This document shows positions 52,300-64,000 of a stretch of DNA of 64,000 nucleotides, one piece after another; the first letter of the stretch is position 1; every line of letters starts with the position of its first letter. The stretch lies in the NCBI RefSeq assembly GCF_006345805.1, contig NC_043001.1, positions 39,246,001-39,310,000 of the forward strand. The letters run 5' to 3'. Under the pieces are notes generated by a model that saw only the letters and a program-made list of their open reading frames with translations, did no database searches and was not told the DNA's origin. Source of the DNA: Octopus sinensis. Its lineage: Eukaryota. A program made the translations under genes and the position numbers.

Positions 52300-54640
52300 G
52301 CACATACAGTTGTACACCCTTTTTATATCAGCACAGATATTGTTTTAAAGAAACAATAGAATTACTGCCTAACATATTCGGTGATAAAACTTCTCTATTT
52401 AACACCCGAATGGGGTATTGCAATATAATGAAAAAAGAGAATGATGATTTTATCACATACACAGGAACAGTCAACAGGATGTGTGAAAGTTTTAAACTCA
52501 AAGTACTTACACCTGAGATGTTCAAGTATCTTATTTTCGTACAAGGTCTAACAGCAAGCAAAGATACAGAAATTCAAGCAAAAATTCTTTCTTTATTAGA
52601 ACAAATGAATATAGATCTGACTTTACAGTCTATGGCAGAAGAATGCCAAAGAATGGTAAACCTGAAACATGATGTAGAAAAAATTCTAGAAAAGGATTCC
52701 TCAAAAATACAAATATGCCAACCAGAAAAGTATAACTAGAAAAGAGCACCACATCCTAATCCATGTTATGGATGTGGGGGTATACATTTAAGAAAAGACT
52801 GTCCATTTAAAAATCAAAAATGTTACAGTTGCAAAAGAAATGGTTGCATGAGTTCACATGGGAGAACAAAATTTCAAAGGTCCTAATGTGCTCTCAGCAG
52901 AAACAAAAATTGACTCCCAAACAAGAAAATTTGTACACATAAAAATATATGGAATACATACTAAACTTCAATTGAATACTGGAAATGATATTTCAATAGT
53001 AAATATGGACACACGGAAGAAAATAGGGAAACCTATGTTGAGAAAAACAGCAAAATCTGCTCATAGCATACCAGGTGACAAGTTACATTTCATAGGCAAA
53101 ATGTGGACTGATGTTACATTTCAAGGGAAAACATGCAAGGTGAAAGTCTTCATCATTAAAAATGTAACCGATCTGTTTGGTACTGATTGGTTAGAATTTG
53201 ATTTATGGGACCTCCCCATAAATCTCTATTGTAAAAACAAAAATGATTGTCCCTCTAAAAATAATCTGTCTGAAGAGTTAAAGAAAAAATTTTTTTAAAT
53301 GTTTCCACAAGTACTCTTGGACAAACTAGGTCTATGCCCAAAAACTGAGAGCCCACGGTCCAGGATACATATTGACCACACAGGACCAGTGAATGGTGCA
53401 TACTATCAAATTGTTGTGGATAGCTATACAAAGTGGCCAGAGGTATGCAGATGTAAGAAACTCACAGCAAGTACAACCATAAAGTTCCTACTTGAGTTAT
53501 TTGCTTGATGCAGTGTTCCAGATATGTTAGTTTCAGATAATGGAACACAATTCATGGAATATAAATTGAGAAATTTCTGCAAAATACATGCCACAAAGCA
53601 CATTTTTACCCCACCTTACCACCTGAGGTCAAATGGGCAGGCAGAAAGATTTGTCAACAGGTTCAAAAGAGCTCTAAGAAAAATTAGAAACAAGCTAGAT
53701 AATAACAAGGCACAAACGAAATTTTTGAGAGTATACAGAATAAAGCCAAATCCAAATGCTAATTCAGTTAAGTTAATGTTCGTGCATAAAATAAAATCAA
53801 TTTTTGATAAATTATTGCCAGGAAAAATACATATAAAGGAAAGACAAAAAATACATTTGAAGGAAATACAAGAAATATTACATTTCGAAGTAGAAGATAA
53901 AGTTAATTTTAAAAATTACAAAAATGGTAAAGAAGGTTTGGAGGATGGCTGTGTAATCAAAAGATTAGGTAACATGGTATATTTAATTAAAGGACAATGT
54001 TTGGAACACAAGAGACAGCTTAACCAGTTAAAGATAAAAATACAAAAAAAAACCAAGGGTAATGCCAATGGAAGTCTTCTATGATATGTTTGAAGAGCCA
54101 GCACTGAGAGATATTGAACCCCATAGAACTAGCTTCAGAAAACAAAAACAGCCTGAATATCTAGAAGTAATCCCTAAACGAAAAAGATATTAAATTTTCA
54201 AAAAAAAAAAGTGGGGGAAAGAATGAGATTGCTTAATACAATGAAAAGTAAACATGTTGTGCGCAACAAACAATGCTATCTTAAAAGTTGGACAACAGTT
54301 AAGATACAAAAGCAATAAAAAAAAAGAGGGAGGGGTGCTGGAAAAAAAAAATGGAGAAAGAAATTCCACTTTCTCACAGTAGTCGAAATCTCAGAATGGG
54401 AGATGTGATGAGAGTTATGGTGCCCCGTTTTTGAGAGATCGGCTGGTCCGAGTAAAATATAAAAATAGTGATGATCTGAGTTTAAGGTCTGGAGTTTGGA
54501 GTCAAGTGAAGTTTGTGTTAGTTCACAGTGAAGTCAGATGGTGTTGGTTGGTTAGTTCACAAGAAATATTGATTGTTTTTTCATAAAGAGATTTGTTAGT
54601 TCATTACATTGTTTTTACTGTTATCTGGTTATCTTATTTA
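52300..54640 (+). mobile_element. Ty3/gypsy LTR retrotransposon with RT/RNase H deleted (gag zinc knuckle, protease, integrase, PPT, probable 3' LTR)
   Basis: CYGCGGIHLRKDCPFKNQKCYSCKR, LQLNTGNDISIV, RIHIDHTGP..VVDSYTKWPE, LVSDNGTQF..PPYHLRSNGQAERFV; purine tracts at 54200-54221 and 54315-54338. Confidence 0.9.
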
Positions 54641-54641
54641 T

Positions 54642-55145
54642 TCATCATCATCATCATTGTTTAACGTCCGTTTTCCATGCTAGCATGGTTTGGACGGTTC
54701 AACTGGGGTCTGGGAAGCCAGAAGGCTGCGCCAGACCCAGTCTGACCTGGCAGTGTTTCTACAGCTGGATGCCCTTCCTAACGCCTACCACTCCGTGAGT
54801 GTAGTGGGTGCTTTTTATGTGCTACCGGCACATGTGCCAGACGAGGCTGACAAACAGCCATGATCGGATGGTGCTTTTTACATGCCACTGGCACTGGCAT
54901 CACAGCTACAATTTCCATTGATGTTGAACGATTTCGATTTTGATTTTCACTTGCCTCAACAGGTCTTCACAAGTAGGGTTTGTGTCACAAGAAGGAAAGG
55001 TATGCATAAGTGGGCTGGCTACATCCCAGGTAGAGGCCACGGGTTATGGTCTCACTTGTCCTGCCGGGTCTTCCCATGCACAGCATACTTCCAAAGGTCT
55101 CGGTCTCTGGTCATTTCCTCGGTGAGACCTACAGTTTGAAGGTCG
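54642..55145 (-). mobile_element. RTE LINE extreme 3' fragment
   Basis: catcatcatcattgtttaacgtccgttttccatgctagc, plus the RT C-terminus (LTEEMTRDRDLWKYAV on the minus strand). Confidence 0.88.
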
Positions 55146-56241
55146 TGGTAACAAATTACATTACATCTGGCAATGAGTAACTATGTTACAACAGCCTGCT
55201 CTCTAGCACTCTCCGTATTGATAGAATTATCATCTATGGTACAGGTTATTTTTATATTCACACAATTAATTGTATGCTTCCAATAATTTTAGTTATATTA
55301 ATTTTCATTTCATTGAGATACATCATTTCCTTGAAATTTTCAAGCACATTTAGCTAAACATTTTCTGTAATCATTAATTTAATTTAATTTTGTTATAATC
55401 TTTATATCAATATAGGGAATCATTTTTTAAAAATATTTATTTGATCCTACTGAATGAATATTATCACTATCAATTTGATTTCATTGCAATCGAGGATATT
55501 GTTAAAGATCTTACAAAATAAAATTATTTTATGGATTAAGAATCAATCCAAATCATAAACATTTGCCTTGCCCCTAAAACTCTCATAGTAATTGTAATTC
55601 TAACAACCATCTAACCTTTAGCTCTTACTTCCTTGAGTATTAAAAAATAAAACCAAACTGTAATCATAATCTTTCAGTTCCCAACCCTAAGATTATCTAA
55701 TAAATAAAGCAAAATTTTATCATTTTATTGGAAAATAAAATGAAATATATAGAAATAAAAGTATTGGAGGTGTATATGATCTTTTTTATTTAGTCATAAA
55801 ATTGAACAATAGCTCTCACTTTCTTGGATATTGGATTTGAGAAAGGGAGTGGAGAGGTTCATTGTTCAAGCTACAGATGGCCTTCACATGATTTTCAAAC
55901 TCCACTCTAATTATAAACATAACATTTAAATAAATAAACTAAAGAAAAATAGTTAATTGACCCGAAAACTAGAGTTCAGGGAACGGTTCTCAAGTGAAAG
56001 TTTTGCTATCAGAAATTTTCTAGAATATTTCTGAAAAGAAAATTATGTTCACCTACAAAAGTAAAAAATACTTAAACAAGAAAGTTAAAATTGATCTGCC
56101 ATCTTTATAACATATAGCTAATTTTAAAACATGAGCTAAAAACAGAAGCTCAAGTACTTCACAATATATTAATCAATTTTATATAACATGAAACAATATT
56201 TTAAGAGATTAAAGAATAATTACAAACATGTAACAACTTAC

Positions 56242-56550
56242 CTTTAGATCTCAAGTCAAAAATAATTATTTCTTTTCCTATGGAGTTTTCCACTATTAAT
56301 TGATATGTACAAAAATCATTAGCTTTGATGTCTTCTATCTTTAAACTAGTACAGCTTCCTTTGAAAGGAAACTCATTTGATAAATAATCAGTTGTTAAAT
56401 ATTTGTTTGAGTCAATTAATTTGTCATTTATTTGCCATTTTACATCAGATTTTGGATGTGAATAAAAACACTGTTTGAAAATTACAGATTCTCCAATTGC
56501 AACATTTCTCATTTTAGGATCGTTTGATATTGAACTGAAAATAGGTTTCA
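56242..56550 (-). CDS. Membrane-proximal Ig-like (I-set-like) domain exon (phase 1-1, 309 bp)
   Basis: ORF 56201..56551. Acceptor ttttttcttcaaccag and donor AAAG|GTAAGT. Translation KPIF...VIFKQCFYSHPKSDVKWQIND...SLKIEDIKANDFCTYQLIVENSIG...DLRSK follows Ig strand spacing. Confidence 0.9.
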
Positions 56551-58460
56551 CTGGTTGAAGAAAAAATAAAATATTGAAAGAGAAAATAATATATAATGTA
56601 CATTTGAAACAGAAAATTTCTAAGTTTACGAAAAATAGAAGAAATAATAAAACATAAACTATACAATTTTATGGCAGAAATTTACTTTCAGACTAATTCA
56701 GTTAGTATTTAAAGCTAAAAATTTGACAATTCTAAGCATCTGTACCATTTCACCTCCATATTAGAATCCCTTTAACTCTTACTTACGATCCTTTTCAAAT
56801 ACAAACTCTACACAGCGACCATTGCAAATTCTACAGTGTTTGGTCCCAGACAATCCTCTAACATTGTTGTCTCATCACATTCCACCTGATCAAATCACCC
56901 AACTACTTGCATTTCTCTAAATTTTATGTTAACAATCTGTTGTACTAAGTATGTAAAATAACCTGCCAAATGCCAAACACAATTTTGATTGTTGTGTAAG
57001 ACCCTCTCAATTTTACACAACACTAAACCATGTACATTATCTACCAGTGAATGCTTTACAACAGTCCGTTCTACTACAATACAAACATACAAAACTTCAA
57101 TTTCAAGATTAACAATAGAGTAAAATACACCTTCATATAAGTTTTATCACTCTTAATTCCAATTACACAAATTCTTGCTTATTAGACACCCGGCAACTTT
57201 GTCAAAGAATCTTATTCACCACTTTTTAACTAATCTAGTAATGTAGACATGCATATGGCAGTAAAATCTGTCATATGAGCTACCTACATCATATCCAGTT
57301 TAACTTCATATACATAACAAACACTCAATTACTTTGTTCAGTTCTACTCATTATTTAAGATGTGATCTTTATGGTTTTTAATTAGAAAAAGGCCTTTGAT
57401 CACTTAAAACTAGTAAGTCAAGTTAATAGTTTCAAGTGTTATCTTAAATTGTTTTTTTTACTGATTATTTTCATATATTTGATCAAAGACAAAAGGCCAA
57501 TGTGTGACACAAAAGAAATATTTACAAAGGAGTTGGATTTATATAACCTGTATTAGACCTCACTTCAGAAATTTGGGGATTTATGATAATTTAGGAAGCA
57601 ATTTTCATTACCTGATATTATCCTAGATATCACTTTGAAATTATTCTTGCAAATCTACTAATTCCTTGCAAGTTTTGAAATTTCCCTTTTCAAAGGTCAC
57701 TTAATCCAAAATGTATGTTATCTCCAATAAAGACAAACTCCTCAATACTGCTCAGAAACAGTATTTCTAAAATTATACATATAATCTTGATTCATCAGTG
57801 CTTACATTACCTTAAATCTCAAGGCATCTAAAGTGGTACACATCCTAGAAACAATTCCTTCTATGTTACAAAATGGCTTTCATAAAGATATAAACACAAT
57901 ACAAACATTTCTCTTCTGAAGCTAGTAAATATGACATGGTATAGAATTTAAATAGAAACTCTATACTCCTAAAAGTTTGTCTATTGTAATAAATTTATTA
58001 GCCAAAATTGTATATCTTTATGATTTGAATTACTCTAGCAAACAATATTTGATGTTCTTGCCTGATAAGTTAATTTGCTATATATTCTTTATACAGGCAT
58101 ACAGTAGACAGTTAAAATGGAACAAACTAAAAAACAAAAACTGAACATGGAAACAATTTCACTATATAAAATGAATGCTTAAAATTTACTTGAAAATAGC
58201 TTCAGATCTTTTGGAGAAAATTTGAGGATACTGAATTTGAAAATTATAATTAAGAAAATATTGAATTTTAAGAGGATATTGAATTTGAAAATTAGAATTA
58301 AAAATTATCAGTTTTATTGATATACATAAAAAGAGACAAAGTCCAACAATCTTCTAATGAGATAAAATCAAATAAATAACTAAACAATTTATCATTCTAA
58401 AAATAATTCAAATTGTAAATATGTTTTTATAAATAAATTGTGGCTTTGTAAAATACTTGC

Positions 58461-58712
58461 CTGGAATTTTGTAGTTTGATGATTTACTCACATGAAAATA
58501 TTCATTGCTTACATGACACTCCCATGTACCAGTATTATTGAAAGTAGAATTGTTTATAGATAATACATTTATATTATAAGTATTCTTAGTGGTGTTTCCC
58601 CATTTTTGCTCCAGTTTGTATTCATAATTTGGTGGAATTCCATCAAATGCAGTGCAATTAATTATTATATTATTTGTCTCATTTGAAATATGAATGTTTA
58701 CTTGAGGAGGAT
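58461..58712 (-). CDS. Ig-like domain exon (phase 1-1, 252 bp) of a type I IgSF receptor
   Basis: Acceptor ttttttaag. Open frame xPPQVNIHISNETNNIIINCTAFDGIPPNYEYKLEQKWGNTTKNTYNINVLSINNSTFNNTGTWECHVSNEYFHVSKSSNYKIP has the Ig Cys...Trp...(TG-W-x-C) pattern and several N-x-S/T sequons. It ends at CAG|GCAAGT (GC donor), in phase with the next exon. Not in the ORF track. Confidence 0.85.
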
Positions 58713-59557
58713 CTTAAAAAAAAATAACAAAAAATTCAGAAAACAGTTCTAATTTAGAAAATAAGATAAAAATACAAAATTTCAGTTTCCCACTCATTTT
58801 ATAATCAGATTCTATGATTGTCATTGAACATGTTTTCTCATACATCATAGCAAAACACAGTAAGCAACCTAAATCACCTCAAATCCATAATCTTGGAACA
58901 GTTTGAGCTTGGCCTTGTGGCTAATAGAACCTTCATCAGGTTTTCAATGCTTACAGTGGGTTGCAACAGTGAGATGTACTTCCATGTAATGCTTGTACTT
59001 AGATGGGTAGATTGTCTAGGAAGACAGTTTTGTCTTTTTGTTTTACTATCTTTTTTAATTAGTATAATTTTGATCAACTTCAAGAGCCCTCTATTCAAAA
59101 GAGTTTAAACAGTCTTATATCTTTTCGTCAGATTTGAATATAAACCTTAATTTTTGATACAGATTTTTAATACTGTTATCCATTGCACTGTAGTCTCATA
59201 GATGCTTAGGATTTTTAATTGTGCATCAGACATATTGTGCCTTTGTTCTGAAGTCCCTGATCAAAGTTTCTTAATCTCTTCTGTTATGATATTTAGGGCT
59301 TTCTCATTTCCATATTGAAAATTTTTGGTAAATGCATTGTAAACATAACTCCTTCAGCTATCCAAACTTGAAGTTTGAATGTGACATCTTGGAAATTTGT
59401 TTCATTGATTTGAGTGTATAACTAATACAAAATCTTTGTGACTCCATAATAACTGTTTGTTGTAAAGTGGAGCTACCAGTGATTAGGGATTTCATTGCAT
59501 ATGTGTGGGAGACCACAGGTTATTTATTCCATAAAAATATGGTCTCCAAAAGACTGC

Positions 59558-59810
59558 TTCATCATCATCATCATCGTTTAATGTTCACTTTCCATGCTAG
59601 CATGGGTTGGACGATTTGAGTGAGGACTGGTGAACCAGATGGCTGCACCATGCTCCAATCTGATCTGGTAGAGTTTCTACAGCTGGATGCCCTTCCTAAC
59701 ACCAACCACTCTGAGATTCTAGTGGGTGCTTTTATGTGCCACCGGCACGATGGCCAGTCAGGCAGTACTGGCAACGGCCACGCTCAAATGGTGTTTTTTA
59801 CGTGCCACCT
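59558..59810 (-). mobile_element. RTE LINE 3' UTR fragment
   Basis: catcatcatcgtttaatgttcactttccatgctagcatggg. Confidence 0.85.
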
Positions 59811-60199
59811 CAAGTATCTCCTATTTTATTTTGAAGTTAGCTATTCTTGTATAGGCATTTCTATTATTTATTTTTCGTTATTAACTAATGACATATTTTG
59901 TAATAATTCTTCAAATTATTGATCTAGTTTGTTTCTGACAGTAGAGCTTCATCAGAAAAAAACTATTGTGAACCAGTAAATCACATTAAAATTGATGACT
60001 TGACAAAGCATAATCAAAAGAAACTCTTTTGTTTTAGTTCATTGAAATGCACAGCATTTTTGAAAAACAAGATAGTTTAATCAGTAAGAAGGGAAATAAT
60101 TTTTAATTGGGCACCAACTCAAAAAAAGAACATGTTGAGTATCTACAGCTGACAACTGATCTTGACAGAACTCTGAATGTATGTTTATAGATTATATAT

Positions 60200-62190
60200 G
60201 TGAAGGACTGGAAGAACGGAGGTAGCAGGGAACTGTATCAGACTGCCAGAAGGGAAGCTAGGAGACAGGTTTATTTAGCCAGAGGGGAAGCAGATAAGAA
60301 AAAATTTGCCAATGTTCTGCACCGTGAGGACCAAAGACTTGAGGTATTTCGTGTTGCAAGACAGTGTGTGAGAGAGAATCTTGATGTGGTAGGAGAGAAA
60401 TGTGTTCGCATGGATGATGGTTCACTTGTGCTAAATGAGGATGCAAAAAGAGAGGTTTGGAGACACCACTATGAAAGGTTGCTGAATAAAGAAAATGAAT
60501 GGGATAAAGAGAGTCTGCCGAATGTCGACCCAACAGAGGGACCAGCTATCCGAGTTGACAGTTCTTTGGTAGTTAAGGCAATTAGAAGCATGAAGACAGG
60601 GAAAGCCCCAGGCCCATCAGGAATTACTGCATAGATGCTCAAAATATCTGGCAGTGTCGGCTATAGCCTAGTCACCCGTATAGTTAACCAGGTGATACAC
60701 GAAGGAGTCATACCCAATGACTGGTGTAGCAGCATAATAGTCAACTGCTACAAAGGTAAAGGTGACGCCCTAGATACAAATAATTACAGAGGTATCAAGC
60801 TGTTGGATCAGGTAATGAAGGTTATGGAGAGGGTCATAGCCCAACTGATTAGGGAAAGAGTCAACTTAGACGAGATGCAGTTTGGTTTCGTGCCAGGGAA
60901 AAGCACCACTGATGCCATATTTCTGGTGAGACAGCTGCAGGAGAAATACCTAGCCAAAGATAAGCCCCTGTACCTGGCTTTCGTTGACATGGAGAAAGCA
61001 TTGGACAGGGTCCCCTGATCCCTTATCTGGTGGTCAATGAGGAAATTAGGGATAGATGAATGGCTAGTGAGAGCTGTGCAAGCCATGTACAGGGACACTG
61101 TAAGTAAGGTAAAGGTTGGCAACGTGTACACTGAAGAATTCAAGGTAGAGGTAGGGGTCCACCAGGGTTCAATCCTCAGCCCCCTCCTATTTATCATAGT
61201 CCTCCAGGCAATTACAGAGGAATTCAAGACAGGATGCCCTTGGGAGCTCCTCTATGCTGACGACCTTGCTCTAATTGCTGAGTCACTATCAGAACTGGAG
61301 AAGTTTCAGGTGTGGAAGGAAGGATTAGAATCGAAGGGCCTTAGAGTCAACCTAGCTAAAACAAAAGTCCTAATAAGTAGGAAGGTAGACAAACCAGAAA
61401 CGCCTTCAGGTAGATGGCCCTGCTCGATCTGTAGAAAAGACGTAGGTAGAAACTATAAGATGTACCCAGTGTAAACTATGGACACATAAGAGGTGCAGCA
61501 ATGTCAAAGGAAGGCTAACTAGGAAAATAGTTTTTGCATGTGGCAGATGCTCAGGAGCAATAAACACTGAAAATATACAGAAAACAACTTCCGTCACTTT
61601 CCAGGGGGAAAAACTAGAAGTAGTTGATAGCTTCCATTACCTAGGTGACTAAGTCAGTAGCGGGGGTGGATGTGCTGAAATTGTAACTGCTAGAGTAAGA
61701 ATAGCCTGGGCAAAGTTCAGGGAGCTCTTACCTCTGCTGGCGACTAAAGGCCTCTCAGAGTAAAAGGCAGACTGTATGATGCATGTGTACGAACAGCCAT
61801 GCTACATGGCATGGCAGTGAACCATGGGCTGTGACTGCTGAGGACATGCGTAAGCTCATGAGGAATGAAGCCAGTATGCTCCGATGGATGTATAATGTCA
61901 GTGTACATACTCGACAGAGTGTAAGTACCTTGAGAGAAAAGTTGGACCTAAGAAGCATCAGCTGTGGTGTGCAAGAGAGACGATTGTGCTGGTATGGTCA
62001 TGTGGTGAGAATGGATGAAGATAGGTATGTGAAAAAGTGCCAATCCCTAGCAGTTGAGGAACCCAGGAAAACCTGGGACGAGGTGGTGAAGCACGACCTT
62101 CGAACTTTAGGCCTCACCGATGCAATGACTAGTGACCGAGACCTTTGGAAATATGCTGTGCGTGAGAAGACCCGGCATGACAAGTGAGTC
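60200..62190 (+). mobile_element. RTE LINE internal fragment (linker + RT), the least decayed copy
   Basis: ORFs 60200..60634, 60635..61018, 61037..61474 and 61783..62187: KAPGPSG, NYRGIKLL, QFGFVPGKSTTDAIF, FVDMEKA, GVHQGSILSP, YADDL. Confidence 0.95.
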
Positions 62191-62215
62191 AGAGTAGAGT
62201 CACTATTATATATTC

Positions 62216-62419
62216 CTATATATGTGATTAGTATGTATTCTTCTCTGACATGCCAGTTGCAGAAATGATTTTGATGCTGCTGTCATTTGGATGATCCCCG
62301 ATGACATCTTTTCTTCTATATATGTGATTAGTATGTGATTCTTCTCTGACATGCCAGTTGCAGAAATGATTTTGATGCTGCTGTCATTTGGATGATCCCC
62401 GATGACATTCTTTTCTTCT
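62216..62419. repeat. 100 bp tandem duplication
   Basis: ctatatatgtgattagtatg...gatgacat(t)cttttcttct twice; the copies differ by single-base indels. Confidence 0.9.
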
Positions 62420-63419
62420 TAAAATATGTTTTGGTTTAAAAGGTTTACCTTTGCTCATTAAATTTTTGTCTTTTCAGGTTAGTTCGTATTACCCAGTTTT
62501 TTAACCAACATTTTGGTGAGGATTATGATTTCTAGGTAGGAGATGTAATCAATAGTTTTATTGAAACTTAGCTTCTCTAATTTCAAAATTCAGTGAGCTA
62601 CCTTCAGTTAAGGATAATAAATGTGTTAGGTTGGGTACATCATTAGCTTTGTGACATCTTCATTATGAACTACATTGGTCTTTTCAAATTCAAAGTGATA
62701 TAATGCTTCAGTGGCATTGAATATAAAATTGAAATTTTAAGGTTTTGAATTGATTCAATCAGTAACTGTTTTGACAATTTTTGAATTCAAATGTCTAATT
62801 TCTTAAAGTTTCTATCTTAGGGTGAGATATTTCAATTAAATATGTCTCTGCAAAACATTACTTGGATTTTTATCTATCCATTGATAGTGGATAAGAATAC
62901 TGAAAATACTGAAAGAATATTGATAGTGGATTAGAAGAAATTAAATTTGCCCACTAAAAACCCAGTAAAAATATGTCAGTATGTAGAAATAGGGTAGATG
63001 TAGATGTTTACAGTATACACCATTAGAAGTAGAGAGCAAAAAACAGACATTAGAGACCAGAAAAATCACAAATACTGGAAATCCTCTAAATTGGAGAAAC
63101 TGATATTTGTTTGGTCACAATAAATTTCTTAATAAAATCAAGGATCAAGAAACCCAAATCATTTTTTTAATTCTCTTGCTAATTTGTTTTTATTTACAAA
63201 AGGTCATGCTCCTAATCTGAGTAAGTTCTGAAGCTTAAACAACAGCAAGATTGCATAGAATGGGTGTCATTAATATTACTCCCAAGGTAATTAGAATGAA
63301 TACAGCAGGATTAGTGTGTTAGATTAATGATGCAGATATTATTTTTTACAAACTCTCTAAGACTGTTAAGACTGATACAAATTATGTTCAGTTTTAAACC
63401 TTAATATCTACAAGTAAGT

Positions 63420-63780
63420 CATAAGTGGGAAGGGAATTTCACAGAGTTCAACTCTGGAAAGGTTTGATTATGCATAGTGGTCAATGAAATACAAAAGTGA
63501 CAAGAAGAATGGGAGAGACAAATGTATTGGGTGAACTTGGATGGATGTTGTTTAAAGCTAGGAGCAGTGATTTGAGTAATAATAGAATAAGCAGAGAGAA
63601 GAGACAGCACATGTATGAGTGAGAGGTGGTGTGTGTTACAGAGTCATTACCAATTAGTGGGGCTTTCATTGAGTTATGACACATGATGTTTGTATGGATA
63701 ATAGCAAATCTGTCCTGGGTGTAGCAGCAGTAATTCTTTGTGGATCTTACTTGAATTAGGTAGAAAATTAGTAATTTAAA
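63420..63780 (-). mobile_element. CR1/L2-group LINE C-terminal remnant
   Basis: Minus strand VSSLCLFYYYSNHCS resembles the xSLxLFYRYY...CS motif of these elements. Confidence 0.45.
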
Positions 63781-64000
63781 GGCTGAAGTATTTTCTAACT
63801 CTGACGGGAAAAGGTTGTCTTTGGGATGCTGTTTCAGCTAGGTTAAGTATGTGGATTTTCAGAATATATCACCAGAAATTGTGAAACCTAATGACTACAA
63901 CCTTAATATTATTCAGTTTTGTCTGTCTCAGTTCCACACAGGTTGACTTTACTTTTCCTTACTCTTAATTGATAAAGAAAATAGTAATACTTTCATGGCT

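Noticed and set aside
58830-59520. Possible Penelope RT remnant on the minus strand (NFQDVTFKL)
   Set aside because: Too decayed to support from one short motif; not listed as a feature.

Overview
AT-rich animal genomic DNA, most likely an octopod cephalopod. That assignment is an inference from the RTE-clade LINEs ending in (GAT)n, the cephalopod-type SINEs, R4/Dong LINEs, Penelope-like elements, Helitrons and long (TA)n/(TACA)n tracts. Most of the window is transposon debris and microsatellite, and nearly every ORF in the supplied track comes from these. Hidden on the minus strand is the 3' part of one split gene that the ORF track largely misses. It encodes a type I immunoglobulin-superfamily receptor: two Ig-domain exons (58712-58461, with a probable GC-AG donor, and 56550-56242), a transmembrane exon (52149-52045), an intron of about 41 kb, seven phase 1-1 micro-exons of 42 or 60 bp (11052 down to 1604), and a terminal exon (1090-1029). 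Each micro-exon carries one tyrosine motif (YGNI, YLCM or YVND; YGNM in the last exon). The set was multiplied by nested duplications, the latest a ~4.7 kb tandem duplication that adds an in-frame 48-aa cassette of three tyrosines. Two other tandem duplications (36920-38132 and 49951-52270) differ mainly by single-base indels and look like assembly artefacts; one of them creates a frameshifted copy of the TM exon. No rRNA, tRNA or CRISPR features were seen. All exon calls are manual and need RNA evidence.
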